Source: a virus (lineage: Duplodnaviria > Caudoviricetes). From it: a DNA stretch of 64,000 nucleotides. The stretch lies in IMG/VR virus record IMGVR_UViG_3300050120_000065, positions 1,742 through 65,741 of that record; one strand, written 5' to 3'. Below, one piece after another: positions 36,365 through 46,553 of the stretch (the stretch's first letter is position 1; the number at the start of each line of letters is the position of its first letter). Made by a program: the position numbers and the translations under genes. The notes under the pieces were generated by a model. It was not told where the DNA came from. It saw nothing but the letters and a program-made list of their open reading frames with translations, and made no database searches.

Positions 36365-36738
36365 ACGTGCAGACCGAACACCTCCTTGCGCAACTTGATG
36401 CGGGTCGCGACTTCCTCAATGTCGTCGCCGATCAAAGCGCGCACGACACTCGGGTTGTTCGGGTTGGGTAAAATCTGCACGCAAGCCATCATTTCATCGA
36501 GAAGAGGCTTTGCAAGCTCAAACGGCATCTGCAGCAGCAATGTCAAGCCGAGCTTGGCGATTCCTGCGAAGCCCGAACTCTCAATGCCTTCCGGCAACTC
36601 GATGCCGCCTTTGGCCATCGCCAAGAATGCGCGAATCGCCCAACTCTCGGCCTGGTCGGCCGGCATCTCGGTCAGAAGGAACGATTTTCCTTGATCCCGC
36701 CCTTCGTCGCGCACCACATACGTCAGTGTTTTTCTCAT
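36268..36738 (-). CDS. tail assembly chaperone (G)
   Basis: GRD.GK.F..TEMPA..AE.WA; lies between tube and TMP. Confidence 0.8.
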   Translation of the reverse strand: MRKTLTYVVRDEGRDQGKSFLLTEMPADQAESWAIRAFLAMAKGGIELPEGIESSGFAGIAKLGLTLLLQMPFELAKPLLDEMMACVQILPNPNNPSVVRALIGDDIEEVATRIKLRKEVFGLHVNFSLPGVKSTLESAPANEKPVSSNIQIRRKR

Positions 36739-37172
36739 GATCCGGTCGGCGAGCTGATGATCGATTGCCACGTGATGATGTACGGCACCGCTTGCAGCAC
36801 CTTTTTCACGTCCGGGAATGGCTTGCCCGAAGTGAGATAGCCATTATTGAGCGTGTAGCGCATCCCGATCCCGGGCAGGATGATCGTCCCGGACCCGGCG
36901 AACACCTCTTGATTCGCGATCTGTGTAATGCGCCACGTGTCGAAAATCGAATACGAAGGCGACGTCGGCATAATCATGACCGTCATCTTCGTTGGCGTGA
37001 AAATGAAGCCAGCCGACAACTGGCCATCAACGCCCATCACGAGTTCCGCCTGGTCGACAGCATCCGCCGTAAAGGCGTCGTCTGCCGCGTAACCCTGGAT
37101 GCTCTGTGCGGTCGGGTAGAGGTTTGCGACAGTCAGCGAGAACGAGCTGTTCGCGGCTGTGATCGTTGCCAT
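36735..37172 (-). CDS. tail tube protein
   Basis: TITAAN, QGYAADD, MGVDG.LS.G; follows sheath. Confidence 0.8.
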   Translation of the reverse strand: MATITAANSSFSLTVANLYPTAQSIQGYAADDAFTADAVDQAELVMGVDGQLSAGFIFTPTKMTVMIMPTSPSYSIFDTWRITQIANQEVFAGSGTIILPGIGMRYTLNNGYLTSGKPFPDVKKVLQAVPYIITWQSIISSPTGS

Positions 37173-37204
37173 ATAAATTCCTTTGCTTGTAGATTGACTG
37201 GCGC

Positions 37205-38920
37205 TTACATGACTTCGATCGAGGCCATCACGATTTGCTGGATGGACTGGCCGTCGGTGTAGTACAGGGTGATAGGCGGGGACTGGCGCAGTTGACGGGT
37301 GGCCGGCGATGTCGGGGCGATTTGCAGATAGAAGCCGTTGGCCGTGATCGAGGCAGATGCATCAAAGCCAAGTGCGAATTGGATTTCCGCGATCTGCGCG
37401 GCCGATAGCGTGATGCCCTTGCGGATCGCTCCGAAGTTGATCGCTGCATTGATCGGATCGAGCGCGGCGGAATAAACCAGGCCGTCGCCCTGCGCGTTGT
37501 ATGGAATCGAACTGACCGCCTCGAGCAGGTTGACCATCGCCAGTTGCAGGTTGGCGTTCAGCCAGATTTGATTGAGGTACGAGTCGACCCAAAGCCAGTC
37601 GCCAGATACCGACCCGGGCGTCGCCCAGTTCGCGTTATTGGCCGGGTTCGGGCCGCCGAAAGCCCCGTACATGTTGTAGCCGTTCGAAAGCGCGGCGGCG
37701 TAGTCGGTGGCATTCGTCACCGAAGGCGTCAAACCCGACTGTGAGCGGAAGCACAGCGTCGTGCGGCCGTTCAATCGCGTGAAATTCAGCGATGCGGCAT
37801 AACCCATGACGAAGGCCGCATGAGAGGGCGTGCCGAAGAACGGCAGCGATCCCACGAACTCGCCCGGCGACAAGTAGAAGCCGAAGCACTCGGTGTTATT
37901 GGGCGACAGCGCATTGACGTCCGAATCTTCGCTGACATACAGATAGCGTGGCGAAACCGAGTTGGACCATGCGGCGAACGCCTCTTTTTCCGCAAGGACC
38001 GATTCCCAAACCGTCATGAAACAGGCCCAATTCTGCGTGAGCGAGAGAACGGTCGGCATGAAGGATGCGGGCGTCGCCGCTGCAGCGCCTTGTGATTGCG
38101 TAGCTCCCGTAGCCTGGGTCAACGATAGAGCGGTGGCGAGCGTGCCGGCTGCATAGGCGATCGTCGACGGCGCGCCGGTGATGCCCGAAGTAATCACGAA
38201 AGAATTTGACGTGCTGCTGAAAGCGACGGCCACCGGCGTGCCGGTCGCGGTGACGGTGGTGCTGGCCGCAGTCTGCGTATTGTTGACGCTGTAGGTGCCG
38301 ACGCCCCCAGAAGTGCCGCTCATGAATCCGGTGATGATCGTGCCAGCCGTGATCGTGCCGCCAGTGATCGTCTGCCCCGCAGATAGGGTTCCGGACACGA
38401 CCGTGGTTACGGTCAACGTCGTTCCGGCGATCGATCCGGTTACAGTCGCCCCGGTCGGCAAAGTCGCGTTGAGCGCGGTTTGAATCGTGCCGGCCGCTGC
38501 GGAAAAGCTGTTCGTGCTGCTCAGATTGATGGTGTTGGCGGTGCGCGTGTAGCCATCCACCGAGACCGTCATCGAGCCAGAGACGCTTTGCAATTGCGCG
38601 AGCGTCATGCCGGCCAGTGAACCGCCTGACAGGAAAGCAGCGATCGCCGTTTCCGGGTAGCGGAACATATACAGAATGCCGGGCTTGGCCGTGCAATTCG
38701 TGTAGCCGTTGAAATAGATCGCGGCGAGCTGCGCCTCGACTGATGTGGCGCCGAAGTAGCTGATGACACCTGCCGCATTGGCGAATTGCAGGATCTGGCC
38801 ATATGGCGCGATCGAATTTTGCGTGAGCATCACGCCGTTCAGGTCGATCGCAGCGCCGCCCGCAGACAGGACACCGGGATTGATCTGAACTACTTCGCTA
38901 AACGGAATTGTCGACGACAT
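37205..38920 (-). CDS. tail sheath protein (DUF3383-like)
   Basis: YFG.TS.E, QNWA.F, NGYN.YG, W.D.Y.NQIW, IPYN..G, RQSPP..YYTDG.SIQ. Confidence 0.9.
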   Translation of the reverse strand: MSSTIPFSEVVQINPGVLSAGGAAIDLNGVMLTQNSIAPYGQILQFANAAGVISYFGATSVEAQLAAIYFNGYTNCTAKPGILYMFRYPETAIAAFLSGGSLAGMTLAQLQSVSGSMTVSVDGYTRTANTINLSSTNSFSAAAGTIQTALNATLPTGATVTGSIAGTTLTVTTVVSGTLSAGQTITGGTITAGTIITGFMSGTSGGVGTYSVNNTQTAASTTVTATGTPVAVAFSSTSNSFVITSGITGAPSTIAYAAGTLATALSLTQATGATQSQGAAAATPASFMPTVLSLTQNWACFMTVWESVLAEKEAFAAWSNSVSPRYLYVSEDSDVNALSPNNTECFGFYLSPGEFVGSLPFFGTPSHAAFVMGYAASLNFTRLNGRTTLCFRSQSGLTPSVTNATDYAAALSNGYNMYGAFGGPNPANNANWATPGSVSGDWLWVDSYLNQIWLNANLQLAMVNLLEAVSSIPYNAQGDGLVYSAALDPINAAINFGAIRKGITLSAAQIAEIQFALGFDASASITANGFYLQIAPTSPATRQLRQSPPITLYYTDGQSIQQIVMASIEVM

Positions 38921-38937
38921 GCGAGATGCTCCAAAGC

Positions 38938-38962
38938 AAAAAGCCCGCTCAATGGCGGGCTT
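38938..38962 (-). terminator. intrinsic terminator
   Basis: GCCCGC stem plus U5. Confidence 0.7.
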
Positions 38963-38983
38963 CGGTTTGATTGTTGGTGTCTG

Positions 38984-39709
38984 TTACGGGAACGGCGTTA
39001 CATCGACCTCTTTGAGTTCGATATCGATCGCACTGGCAAATTGTTGCGGGATGACAATGACCGGGTTGCACTGCATATAACAGTCCACAACCCATCGCTC
39101 CTCGTATTGCTGCTCGCCGTTGGTGAACGGGATCTGATGCGGCTCACTCGTATAGAGCGGGCTCACATCAAAACCCGATGCAGCGAAAGCCTGCACGCCG
39201 TAGTCGTCGCGAAAGAGCGTAGAAATGATGTGCGCGTTGTCCGAGCTGCTGGGCCCGTGCACGTCAAGCTGGACCGAGGCATTGGCCGGCTGCAGCGCCA
39301 ACTTCACGCCGGCAGCAATAACCTGGATTGCGACCGTCTGCGATGGGCTGATCGTGTAGGTGCCGATGCCACCCGTACCTGTGCCTAGCGCCTTCACGTA
39401 AGTACCGGCGGCGATATTCGCGCCTAGCAAGACGCTGCCGACCGCGAGCGCGCCCAGCGTCACCTCAGTGATCGTCATCGTCGCGCCCGCGATCGACCCG
39501 ACAAATGCCGCGTCACTGTAGCTGTCGACGTTCGTTGAAATTCGATCTCGCAGGCCGGGCGTCATGACGACGAAGTCTGGGCAGGCAGGCTCAGGAACGC
39601 GATTTCCCTGGCCGCGAATCACCTCGATCCCCGCAGGCAACACACCAAGCAGGAACGATCTGAGCGCGGCCAGCGTCTGACTCTCAGTCAGGCTAAGGGT
39701 TGGGCTCAT
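38984..39709 (-). CDS. tail terminator/neck protein
   Basis: GQGNRVP.P, VQLD..G, PLY, E.QYE.RW. Confidence 0.8.
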   Translation of the reverse strand: MSPTLSLTESQTLAALRSFLLGVLPAGIEVIRGQGNRVPEPACPDFVVMTPGLRDRISTNVDSYSDAAFVGSIAGATMTITEVTLGALAVGSVLLGANIAAGTYVKALGTGTGGIGTYTISPSQTVAIQVIAAGVKLALQPANASVQLDVHGPSSSDNAHIISTLFRDDYGVQAFAASGFDVSPLYTSEPHQIPFTNGEQQYEERWVVDCYMQCNPVIVIPQQFASAIDIELKEVDVTPFP

Positions 39710-39713
39710 GGTG

Positions 39714-40097
39714 TTATCGGCTATTCTGTCGCGTGATCGCGACCTTGACCCATCCGCCGGTCATGAACCAGTTTTCGAACTGGAACACGACGAGCCACAC
39801 GGAGCAATCTGGCAATGTCACCAAATCGCCGCCCTCTTGATCCGACCGCACGACCGCTTCCCAGTCACCGTTGATATACAGCGCGCGGCGCTCGCCCTGG
39901 ATGTTCAGGCTGCTGACCTGCATCAGGTCGTTATATTGGAGGGCTTGCATCTGGACTGGCATCGGGACCGGCGAGCCGTATTTAGGCTGCCTCGAACCGT
40001 CCGCTGCTGTCGTATATCCCTGCGACTGCTGAAGCTGCGCCGTTATCCACGGATTCACCGCGGATACTATCGGGCCGACTATATTGCTCAGGTTCAA
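39714..40097 (-). CDS. head-closure/neck protein
   Basis: QMQAL, GGDLV, WLV...E.W. Confidence 0.75.
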   Translation of the reverse strand: MNLSNIVGPIVSAVNPWITAQLQQSQGYTTAADGSRQPKYGSPVPMPVQMQALQYNDLMQVSSLNIQGERRALYINGDWEAVVRSDQEGGDLVTLPDCSVWLVVFQFENWFMTGGWVKVAITRQNSR

Positions 40098-40708
40098 GAC
40101 TTCACCTCATAGTCGGCGCTATTCACCATCGTGGCGTCGCCGATCAGCGGATCGTTGAAGCCCTTCTTCGCTATCGTGGACTTGGCATTCGCCGGATCGC
40201 TGAAATCTCGAATCGACGTTTGCAACTGACCTTTGACCAGTTCGCCCAAGCGTCCCATCGCGACTCCCGCGTCATAATCGGCCGCCTTGATAATTTTGCC
40301 GAGCTGCGAGCCCCACGCGCCTTTATTCTTAGCGATCATGTCGCGGAAGTACGGGCGCGGCGGAATGGTGATCGTGTATGCCTCGACGTGATGCGTGGTC
40401 GCATAGTTGGACTTCGAAGCCTTGACGAATTGGCTGGCACCAATCCGGTTTCCTTCTTCATCTAGGCTGCCGGCGGCGAAATCGCCTTTCGCGTTGACGC
40501 GGCGATATATCGTTGTGTCGTGCGCCGGCACATTCACCGTGCCGCCAAACTCGTTGACCGCCGCAATCATGGCGATCGGCGTTCCGTCGGGATACGTCGC
40601 GCCTTCGAGGAAGCCAACGTTGACCGTATCGACCTTGCCAACCTTCTTGGCGATTTCCTCGAGCTTTGCCCTGAGCGCGTCGCCTCCGGAGAATGCTTTG
40701 GTGGACAT
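40094..40708 (-). CDS. neck/tail completion protein
   Basis: VGFLEGATYPDG, NEFG, PPRPYFR, N..STIAKKG...PL. Confidence 0.8.
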   Translation of the reverse strand: MSTKAFSGGDALRAKLEEIAKKVGKVDTVNVGFLEGATYPDGTPIAMIAAVNEFGGTVNVPAHDTTIYRRVNAKGDFAAGSLDEEGNRIGASQFVKASKSNYATTHHVEAYTITIPPRPYFRDMIAKNKGAWGSQLGKIIKAADYDAGVAMGRLGELVKGQLQTSIRDFSDPANAKSTIAKKGFNDPLIGDATMVNSADYEVKS

Positions 40709-41154
40709 CAGATGCCCCAGGGATTGCCGAAGCCGCCGCGGTTATTGAACGGCGCACGCCCCGGCACATAGTGCATGGTTCGGAATTGCGCAGTCGCCTG
40801 CCAGAACGCCGCACCGTATTTTGACTGGGAAAACCATGCGGCTGACCCGGGAGCCTGATACTCGGTCTGCACAGATACGCTGCCTTGAGTCGCCCCGCTG
40901 ATACGCCCGACCAGCGGCGACGAAGGTTGCCCATTGAGCGGCGCATTCAATGCCGCGATGTGCGCCGTCACCATGCCGAGCAACACTGCGCGCTGGATCA
41001 GATTCTGAACCGGACTTTGCGGCGTGTTATCGCAATACAACTGCGCTTCGAAAAAATACTGGTCGGCGACCGGCTGCGTCACGCCGGCCGCAATAAGCTC
41101 GGGGTAACGTGCCGACCAAATACTGAAATCGAACGTCACCACGTTACAGGTCAT
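40708..41154 (-). CDS. head-tail adaptor (DUF4054-like)
   Basis: RYPE, TAH.A.L, GRIS.A..GSVSV, WF.Q..YG..FW. Confidence 0.85.
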   Translation of the reverse strand: MTCNVVTFDFSIWSARYPELIAAGVTQPVADQYFFEAQLYCDNTPQSPVQNLIQRAVLLGMVTAHIAALNAPLNGQPSSPLVGRISGATQGSVSVQTEYQAPGSAAWFSQSKYGAAFWQATAQFRTMHYVPGRAPFNNRGGFGNPWGI

Positions 41155-41156
41155 GA

Positions 41157-41642
41157 TCAGGTGGCCCGGCGCTCGTCGGCAACTTCGAGGCCGTGTTTGT
41201 GGATTTCTTTCGGGTCCAGGCGTTCGAGGCCGGATTTCTCGGCTTCCATCTCTTTGGACTGCGCGACAGCGCTGGCTGCTTCGCCGTGCGCGAACAGCAT
41301 CTTGTTGACGATGAAATCCGCGTCTTTATTCTGTTCGACCCACTCATCCCAGAATGCCTTGGGGATGCCATGCGTGAGCGCAAAGCCGGCGACGATCTGC
41401 TGATGCGCGCCCTTGTTTTGCGGGAACGAGTTGCCCTGCACGACGAACACTTTTGCACCGCGGCGCGGTTCGGCGAGCTTGTATTCGCGCGACCCGGCGC
41501 CCATAATCGGCTCATGCTTCGTCTGGAAATCGCACAGGCGCAGGATGAAATCCATGGGGAACTTGCTCGCCACCGTCACGGTTGCGTTGCTCGGCACATC
41601 GTTGTTCTTCTTGAGACTGAGAGTGGATTCTTGCGTTGCCAT
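41157..41642 (-). CDS. virion-associated protein following capsid
   Basis: VASK.P, G..LT...P..FW..W, SGLE.LDP. Confidence 0.7.
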   Translation of the reverse strand: MATQESTLSLKKNNDVPSNATVTVASKFPMDFILRLCDFQTKHEPIMGAGSREYKLAEPRRGAKVFVVQGNSFPQNKGAHQQIVAGFALTHGIPKAFWDEWVEQNKDADFIVNKMLFAHGEAASAVAQSKEMEAEKSGLERLDPKEIHKHGLEVADERRAT

Positions 41643-41679
41643 ATGACCGCCTTAAAGAGTTGGAGACCGTTTTTGAAGG

Positions 41680-41737
41680 ACCGCGCGTCAGTCGGTACGG
41701 TCAGGCCGATTTTTGGGTGCGACCCTAGACGCTCGGT
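41680..41737 (-). ncRNA. c4-antisense-like three-way-junction RNA candidate
   Basis: P1 ACCG-A-GCGUC/GACGC-G-CGGU, P2 GGGU-CGC-ACCC, P3 UCGG-n10-CCGA. Confidence 0.5.
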
Positions 41738-41754
41738 GTGCTGCGCGAGACAAC

Positions 41755-41777
41755 AAAAAAGCCACCCGAAGGTGGCT
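41755..41777 (-). terminator. terminator after major capsid gene
   Basis: GCCACC-UUCG-GGUGGC plus U6. Confidence 0.8.
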
Positions 41778-41799
41778 AAACCGTCGACTCGCGTCGCGG

Positions 41800-42900
41800 T
41801 TAGACGCCGATCAGTTGTGACATGGCGTAGGGCTGGCGCATCACGAAACCAGCAGTGCCTTGCATCAGCTTCTGCTTGTACGACGACGTGGCGCGAATCA
41901 CCGGGCCGGCGCGCAGCTTGGTATTAAATGCGCAATACCCAGACTTCTGCCCGCTCGCTTCCGGCGCCCACAACTGAACGATCTCGCCCAGGGCTGAGCC
42001 TTGCGGGTTCTGCGGAGTAAGTGCGCCGTACTGCATGGCGGTCTTGACTTCGAGGCCAGGGAAGTTGCTCTTGAGCAATGCCGCCACGTTTACGTTGAAC
42101 GTATTGGTCGCGGTCATGGCACCTTCGCTGCGCGGCGACATGTTCAACACGAATTTCGATTTCGTGTTGATCTTGCCCGACGATTGGTTAATCGACTGAA
42201 TCACCAGCGCCTGAATATCCGAGAAGATTTCGTTCGCGCTTGCGTTGATCGACGTGCCATTGAGCCACGCGACACCGCCGTTCGCTTTCGGAATCGGAGA
42301 GATCGCCGGGTACAGCGCGGGATCATTCAACGCGCCGTAGTTCTGCAAGCCCGCGACGCCCTTGAAGTACGTCAGATTCGAGTACTGATTCAGGCCGTAG
42401 ATCGCGGCCTCCTTCTGCTCGGACACGAAGTTGATCTTCGCCAGGCCGACGCGCTCGATTTCCAAATCGCCATATTCAGCCATCACTTGGAAAAGATACG
42501 GTTGACGCTCGGGGAAGTTCGTATTGATGCCCGAACGGCCGTTTTCAACGAAGTCGCCGTAACTCGACACTTCGTACGTACGCTCCACCACCGGGAAGAT
42601 CAGCGAGGAACTGGTCCAATCACCCTTTTGCTGCTCGCCGAAGATGGCCGCAGCTTCCAGTTCTGCCGTGGCGATACGCAGCGTGTCCGGGTCCATGAAG
42701 AAAGTCAGGTACGCCGGGATGCCCGAGTTTGGCACCGTCACGAGTTGCGGCTGGGCGTCCATCGCGAGGTTGATGTCTTCTTTCCACTCGGGACGGCAAA
42801 ACATCTGTGCGCCCGGGACGTCGATGCCCCATTTCTTGCGGTGAAAGTCGATAGCCGCCTTCTGATCTTGCGGCGACAAGTCGTATGCCATCTTGGCCAT
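41800..42900 (-). CDS. major capsid protein (DUF2184-like)
   Basis: AMDAQP, KGDW, YGD, YGALNDP.L; position after decoration and protease genes. Confidence 0.88.
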   Translation of the reverse strand: MAKMAYDLSPQDQKAAIDFHRKKWGIDVPGAQMFCRPEWKEDINLAMDAQPQLVTVPNSGIPAYLTFFMDPDTLRIATAELEAAAIFGEQQKGDWTSSSLIFPVVERTYEVSSYGDFVENGRSGINTNFPERQPYLFQVMAEYGDLEIERVGLAKINFVSEQKEAAIYGLNQYSNLTYFKGVAGLQNYGALNDPALYPAISPIPKANGGVAWLNGTSINASANEIFSDIQALVIQSINQSSGKINTKSKFVLNMSPRSEGAMTATNTFNVNVAALLKSNFPGLEVKTAMQYGALTPQNPQGSALGEIVQLWAPEASGQKSGYCAFNTKLRAGPVIRATSSYKQKLMQGTAGFVMRQPYAMSQLIGV

Positions 42901-42920
42901 GATAATTTCCTTTGAGCAAT

Positions 42921-42943
42921 AAAAAAGCCGCCCCAAAGGCGGC
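42921..42943 (-). terminator. intrinsic terminator
   Basis: GCCGCC stem plus U6. Confidence 0.65.
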
Positions 42944-42978
42944 CCAAGCAATGACAAGTTGAGGAGTGGTGGTGAGGC

Positions 42979-44166
42979 TTACCCGTTAAGCCAGGTGGTC
43001 ATCTTCACCAGTTCGCCCGGTGCGCCGATCGACGAAGCGACCCACTTCGTTGCCGTGTTGGCGGTCACGCTGAATGCCTGCGCGGTGATGGCAGTCTGGA
43101 AGTTGTTCGTCAGGTATGTGCCTGCACCGCCATTACCGGTCAGGTTGGCGTTTTGCGCCGCCGTTGCGGTGATGTACGTGCCGGCAGTCAGACCCGAACT
43201 GACCAACAGATCATTGAGTTGCCACGTGCCGGTCGAGCTCGAATCCACCGTCAAGAACATGGCGTTCGCTGCGGTGATGGTCGAGGCGGTAGCAGCAGTT
43301 GCTGCGGCGTTGCTCACCGTGTAGGTGCCTGCGCCGCCAGCGGTAGCCGTGCCGTAGCCGGTGATGGTCGTGCCGGCGGGGATGTTCGTGCCGGAAATCG
43401 TCATGCCGATGGCGAAGATGCCCGACGTATTCGCGCCGGTCAGCGTCAAACCACCACCAGACATCGCGACCGTGGTCGACAGCACTTCGTTGGCGATGCT
43501 CAACTGATAGACGCCGATGCCGCCTGCCGTACCGCTGGTCTGCGAAACAATCGTGGTATTCGCATCGATGATGCCGACCGTCGAGTTGCCGCCTGAAAGC
43601 GTCTGGCCTGCGCCGAGCACGCTACCTGCGCCAACCGCCGTGACCGTCATGACGGTGCCAGCGATCGAAGCGGTGCAGGTGTTCGTGGTGGGCAGTGCGC
43701 CACCGGTGCTGGCCGATACGATCTTGGCAAGCGTGCCGCCCGTGCACGATGCGCCCGTGGTTGGTGCGCCTGCCGCAGCGAAGTTCACCGAGCCATTCGC
43801 GTTGTTTGCGTACGCGGTGTTGCCGATCGCCGAAGTCGTCGAGCCGGAATTGAGCACCCACATGCCGGCCGCGTTAAAAACCTCGACCTGATAGCCGGGC
43901 GGGATGAGCAACGAGTCGTCGCCCAGGAACGCGGTGATCAGTGCTTGCTGGTTGCGGCGAACGTAGCCGGTCGGGGCGCCAGGTCCGGTATTGTTCAAAA
44001 AGCGATTGGTCGGGTCGGCCCATGCGAATGCGCCGACAGCCAAGCCATTGGGCCCAGCGACGAAAGCGCCTTCGCCTGCGTCAACGGTGCTGCGCGGGCT
44101 GCCATCGCAGAAATCGCCCAGCACTGCGGGCGCGCCTACCACATTTACGGTACGGGGAAATGGCAT
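42979..44166 (-). CDS. capsid cement/decoration protein with three inserted beta modules
   Basis: F...VN...AP.V.GDF N-terminus, TKW.A.S.GA.GELVK C-terminus. Confidence 0.8.
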   Translation of the reverse strand: MPFPRTVNVVGAPAVLGDFCDGSPRSTVDAGEGAFVAGPNGLAVGAFAWADPTNRFLNNTGPGAPTGYVRRNQQALITAFLGDDSLLIPPGYQVEVFNAAGMWVLNSGSTTSAIGNTAYANNANGSVNFAAAGAPTTGASCTGGTLAKIVSASTGGALPTTNTCTASIAGTVMTVTAVGAGSVLGAGQTLSGGNSTVGIIDANTTIVSQTSGTAGGIGVYQLSIANEVLSTTVAMSGGGLTLTGANTSGIFAIGMTISGTNIPAGTTITGYGTATAGGAGTYTVSNAAATAATASTITAANAMFLTVDSSSTGTWQLNDLLVSSGLTAGTYITATAAQNANLTGNGGAGTYLTNNFQTAITAQAFSVTANTATKWVASSIGAPGELVKMTTWLNG

Positions 44167-44194
44167 GATTTACTCCTGAATTTGATTGGTTGGA

Positions 44195-46132
44195 TTAGCG
44201 GCCGAGGCGGTCAGCGCCGGGGAACGCTTCCAACAAGTCCGAGGACAGCGCGCTGTCGTGTGCAATGACGCGCTTGGGTTCATCGCCCGGCTTCGGCTGT
44301 GCGACCAACACAGCTTTGTAGGCACTCGGATGCACATCCTTGACATCGACCTTGAGCGTTTCGAGGGCTGCCTTGTAGACGGCTTCTGCGCTATCCATCG
44401 CGGTCAGCTTGCCGACATAGGGCTTGACGACTTCCTCGGCCTCGACGATGCCGCGCAGGCGTGCGATCGTTTTGGCTTCGACGTCGCGCGCGGTGGCATC
44501 GACAGCGAGCTTGATCGCCTTGTCCATGGCGGCTTGGCTCACGCCCTCATCTTTCTTGGCGGGAATTTCTTCTTTGTTCGCGCCATCTTTCGGGTTGGCG
44601 TTAGCGCCACCGGCGGTCTGCGGAGGCTCGTCAAGTGCGGCGGCCGGCTTTGCAGCGGCCGGTGCGCTCAATGCGGCTTGAACCTGAGCCAAATCCTCGT
44701 CGCTGATCTTGCCGCGCAGCATCGAGAGGATGGCTTCGCACTTCGGGTCGACGTCATCCATTCCCACGTTGTCATCATCAGGCTGCTCGCCGTCGAGCTT
44801 GTCGAGCAACTGGACGATTTCACCGATGTCGGTGTCTTTCGCCAACAGCGGCTTGATTGCGGCAACGATGCCGGGCTTCTTTTCCAGCCAGTTGCTTTTC
44901 TTGACGCCAGCGAGGATCGGGTTGAGATCGGGGGGCGCCGCATCCGCAGCCATTTTCGATGGCAGGACAGCCAACAAGGCTCCCTTGGCCATTACTGCTT
45001 TTTTGCTAAGGGACTTGCTCATACTGTTTGCTCCATTGGGTTGAAGTGACATGTCGCCGACCATCACATCCGGCCCGGCGCGGCCTCGTGGCACCAGCGC
45101 CACATGGTTGAATTTGATGTTGCGCATCACGCCGTCGTACGCGACACCCTCATAGGTGCCCGGCGTCATGTCGGCGTCGTAGTAGTAGGCGGAGCTCAGC
45201 TCCTGCTCGGACTCGTCCTCAATCTTGCGAATCGAGGTCTGCACCGAAATGACCATCGAGTTATCGAGGTACGGTGCGTTGAATACGGCATCGGTGCCGG
45301 TGTAGCCGACCACGTTCTGTTGCTTCGGGTCGATCGGGCTGACCGGGACGTGCTCATTGAGAATCGGAATCAGATTCGCAGTGGCCGCGCCCTTGGCGAT
45401 CTCATCGGGATCACGCAACAGCATGTAAATCTTGTTCGGATCCAGGCCTAGCGATTCGTGCTCGGGGATCTCGTTGCCGCGGTACGGGCAGACATTCGCC
45501 TTGCTGATGTGCGTCATCGCGACATGGAGACGCCCATCGTGGTCATAGGTGCGGACGCTGCCTTTGTCGAAGGCCAGCCGGTTGCGCGACACAAGAGCGG
45601 ACGTCATGGCCTTGTCCATCGCCATATCGTTCGCCGTCTGCGTACCAAGCGCCTTCTCCACCGTCTGCTTCACGCCGGGGTGAAGCGGTTGCGGCGGGTC
45701 CTTGAGCGTCGTCCAGCGAAAAGCTGTGTGCTCGTCCAACTGCAATTTCGGCGTGAACTTGCGAAGCACGTTCATCTTGAACGTAACGAAATCGACGCCG
45801 TCGAGATCCTCAACGCTATCCATCAGCATCAATTGACCGTACGGCAGCGCGCCGATTTCTTCTTTCGTTTCGCGCAGCGCGGTCTGTTCAGGCGTCTCGC
45901 CTTCATCCGATCGGCCGCCAGGCAAATCCCATGTCAGAGGATGGTTGGCATCGGGGCCGCGCAGCAGAAACAGAACCTCATCCTGCGGCGTCATCAGGCA
46001 TATGCCGGCGCCCTTGATCTTTGCGTCGGCAGCGACAAACTCTCTGCCGACCTTCGTCGGAATGCCCAAAGTGGATTCACCCTCGGCTGCCGCGTACATC
46101 GCGCGCTGCTGGGCTTTGGTCACTGCCGGCAT
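44195..46132 (-). CDS. Nudix hydrolase fused to DUF2213-like prohead protease/scaffold
   Basis: Nudix box [23 protein letters not shown]; [28 protein letters not shown]. Confidence 0.9.
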   Translation of the reverse strand: MPAVTKAQQRAMYAAAEGESTLGIPTKVGREFVAADAKIKGAGICLMTPQDEVLFLLRGPDANHPLTWDLPGGRSDEGETPEQTALRETKEEIGALPYGQLMLMDSVEDLDGVDFVTFKMNVLRKFTPKLQLDEHTAFRWTTLKDPPQPLHPGVKQTVEKALGTQTANDMAMDKAMTSALVSRNRLAFDKGSVRTYDHDGRLHVAMTHISKANVCPYRGNEIPEHESLGLDPNKIYMLLRDPDEIAKGAATANLIPILNEHVPVSPIDPKQQNVVGYTGTDAVFNAPYLDNSMVISVQTSIRKIEDESEQELSSAYYYDADMTPGTYEGVAYDGVMRNIKFNHVALVPRGRAGPDVMVGDMSLQPNGANSMSKSLSKKAVMAKGALLAVLPSKMAADAAPPDLNPILAGVKKSNWLEKKPGIVAAIKPLLAKDTDIGEIVQLLDKLDGEQPDDDNVGMDDVDPKCEAILSMLRGKISDEDLAQVQAALSAPAAAKPAAALDEPPQTAGGANANPKDGANKEEIPAKKDEGVSQAAMDKAIKLAVDATARDVEAKTIARLRGIVEAEEVVKPYVGKLTAMDSAEAVYKAALETLKVDVKDVHPSAYKAVLVAQPKPGDEPKRVIAHDSALSSDLLEAFPGADRLGR

Positions 46133-46146
46133 TGCGATTTCCCAAT

Positions 46147-46169
46147 AAAAAAAGGCGCCCGCAGGCGCC
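46147..46169 (-). terminator. intrinsic terminator
   Basis: GGCGCC stem plus U7. Confidence 0.7.
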
Positions 46170-46188
46170 CTGCTATGCTTTCTGGTTG

Positions 46189-46518
46189 TTACGATTGACC
46201 GTCACCAACCACAGCGCTAAAGGTCGAGCCGGCCGCCGCCCCGATCACGCTGACTTGCGTCACGTTGCTGGGCAGCGCGAACACGCGTGAGGTGTTGGCG
46301 AGAACCACAACGCCGTTTGTCATCGTCAGGCCGGTGTTATTGCCGTAGCACCAGGCCACGTTCGCGGTGCCCTGAACTACCACAAGCATCGTGCCGTTCT
46401 GAATCTCGGTTTCGGGTAGCGTAAGCACCTGAACACTCGTGGTCGCGACCACCGCAGCGCTACAAGTTGGCGGATTGGTGCTAGAGCCGCCCGGTTGAAA
46501 GGCTAGTTGCGGGTTCAT
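46189..46518 (-). CDS. small beta-rich virion protein
   Basis: AFQP start, G.G end; located in head cluster. Confidence 0.6.
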   Translation of the reverse strand: MNPQLAFQPGGSSTNPPTCSAAVVATTSVQVLTLPETEIQNGTMLVVVQGTANVAWCYGNNTGLTMTNGVVVLANTSRVFALPSNVTQVSVIGAAAGSTFSAVVGDGQS

Positions 46519-46553
46519 CCAGGGCCGTCCGTCGAAAGTTGTAAAATAAGCCG

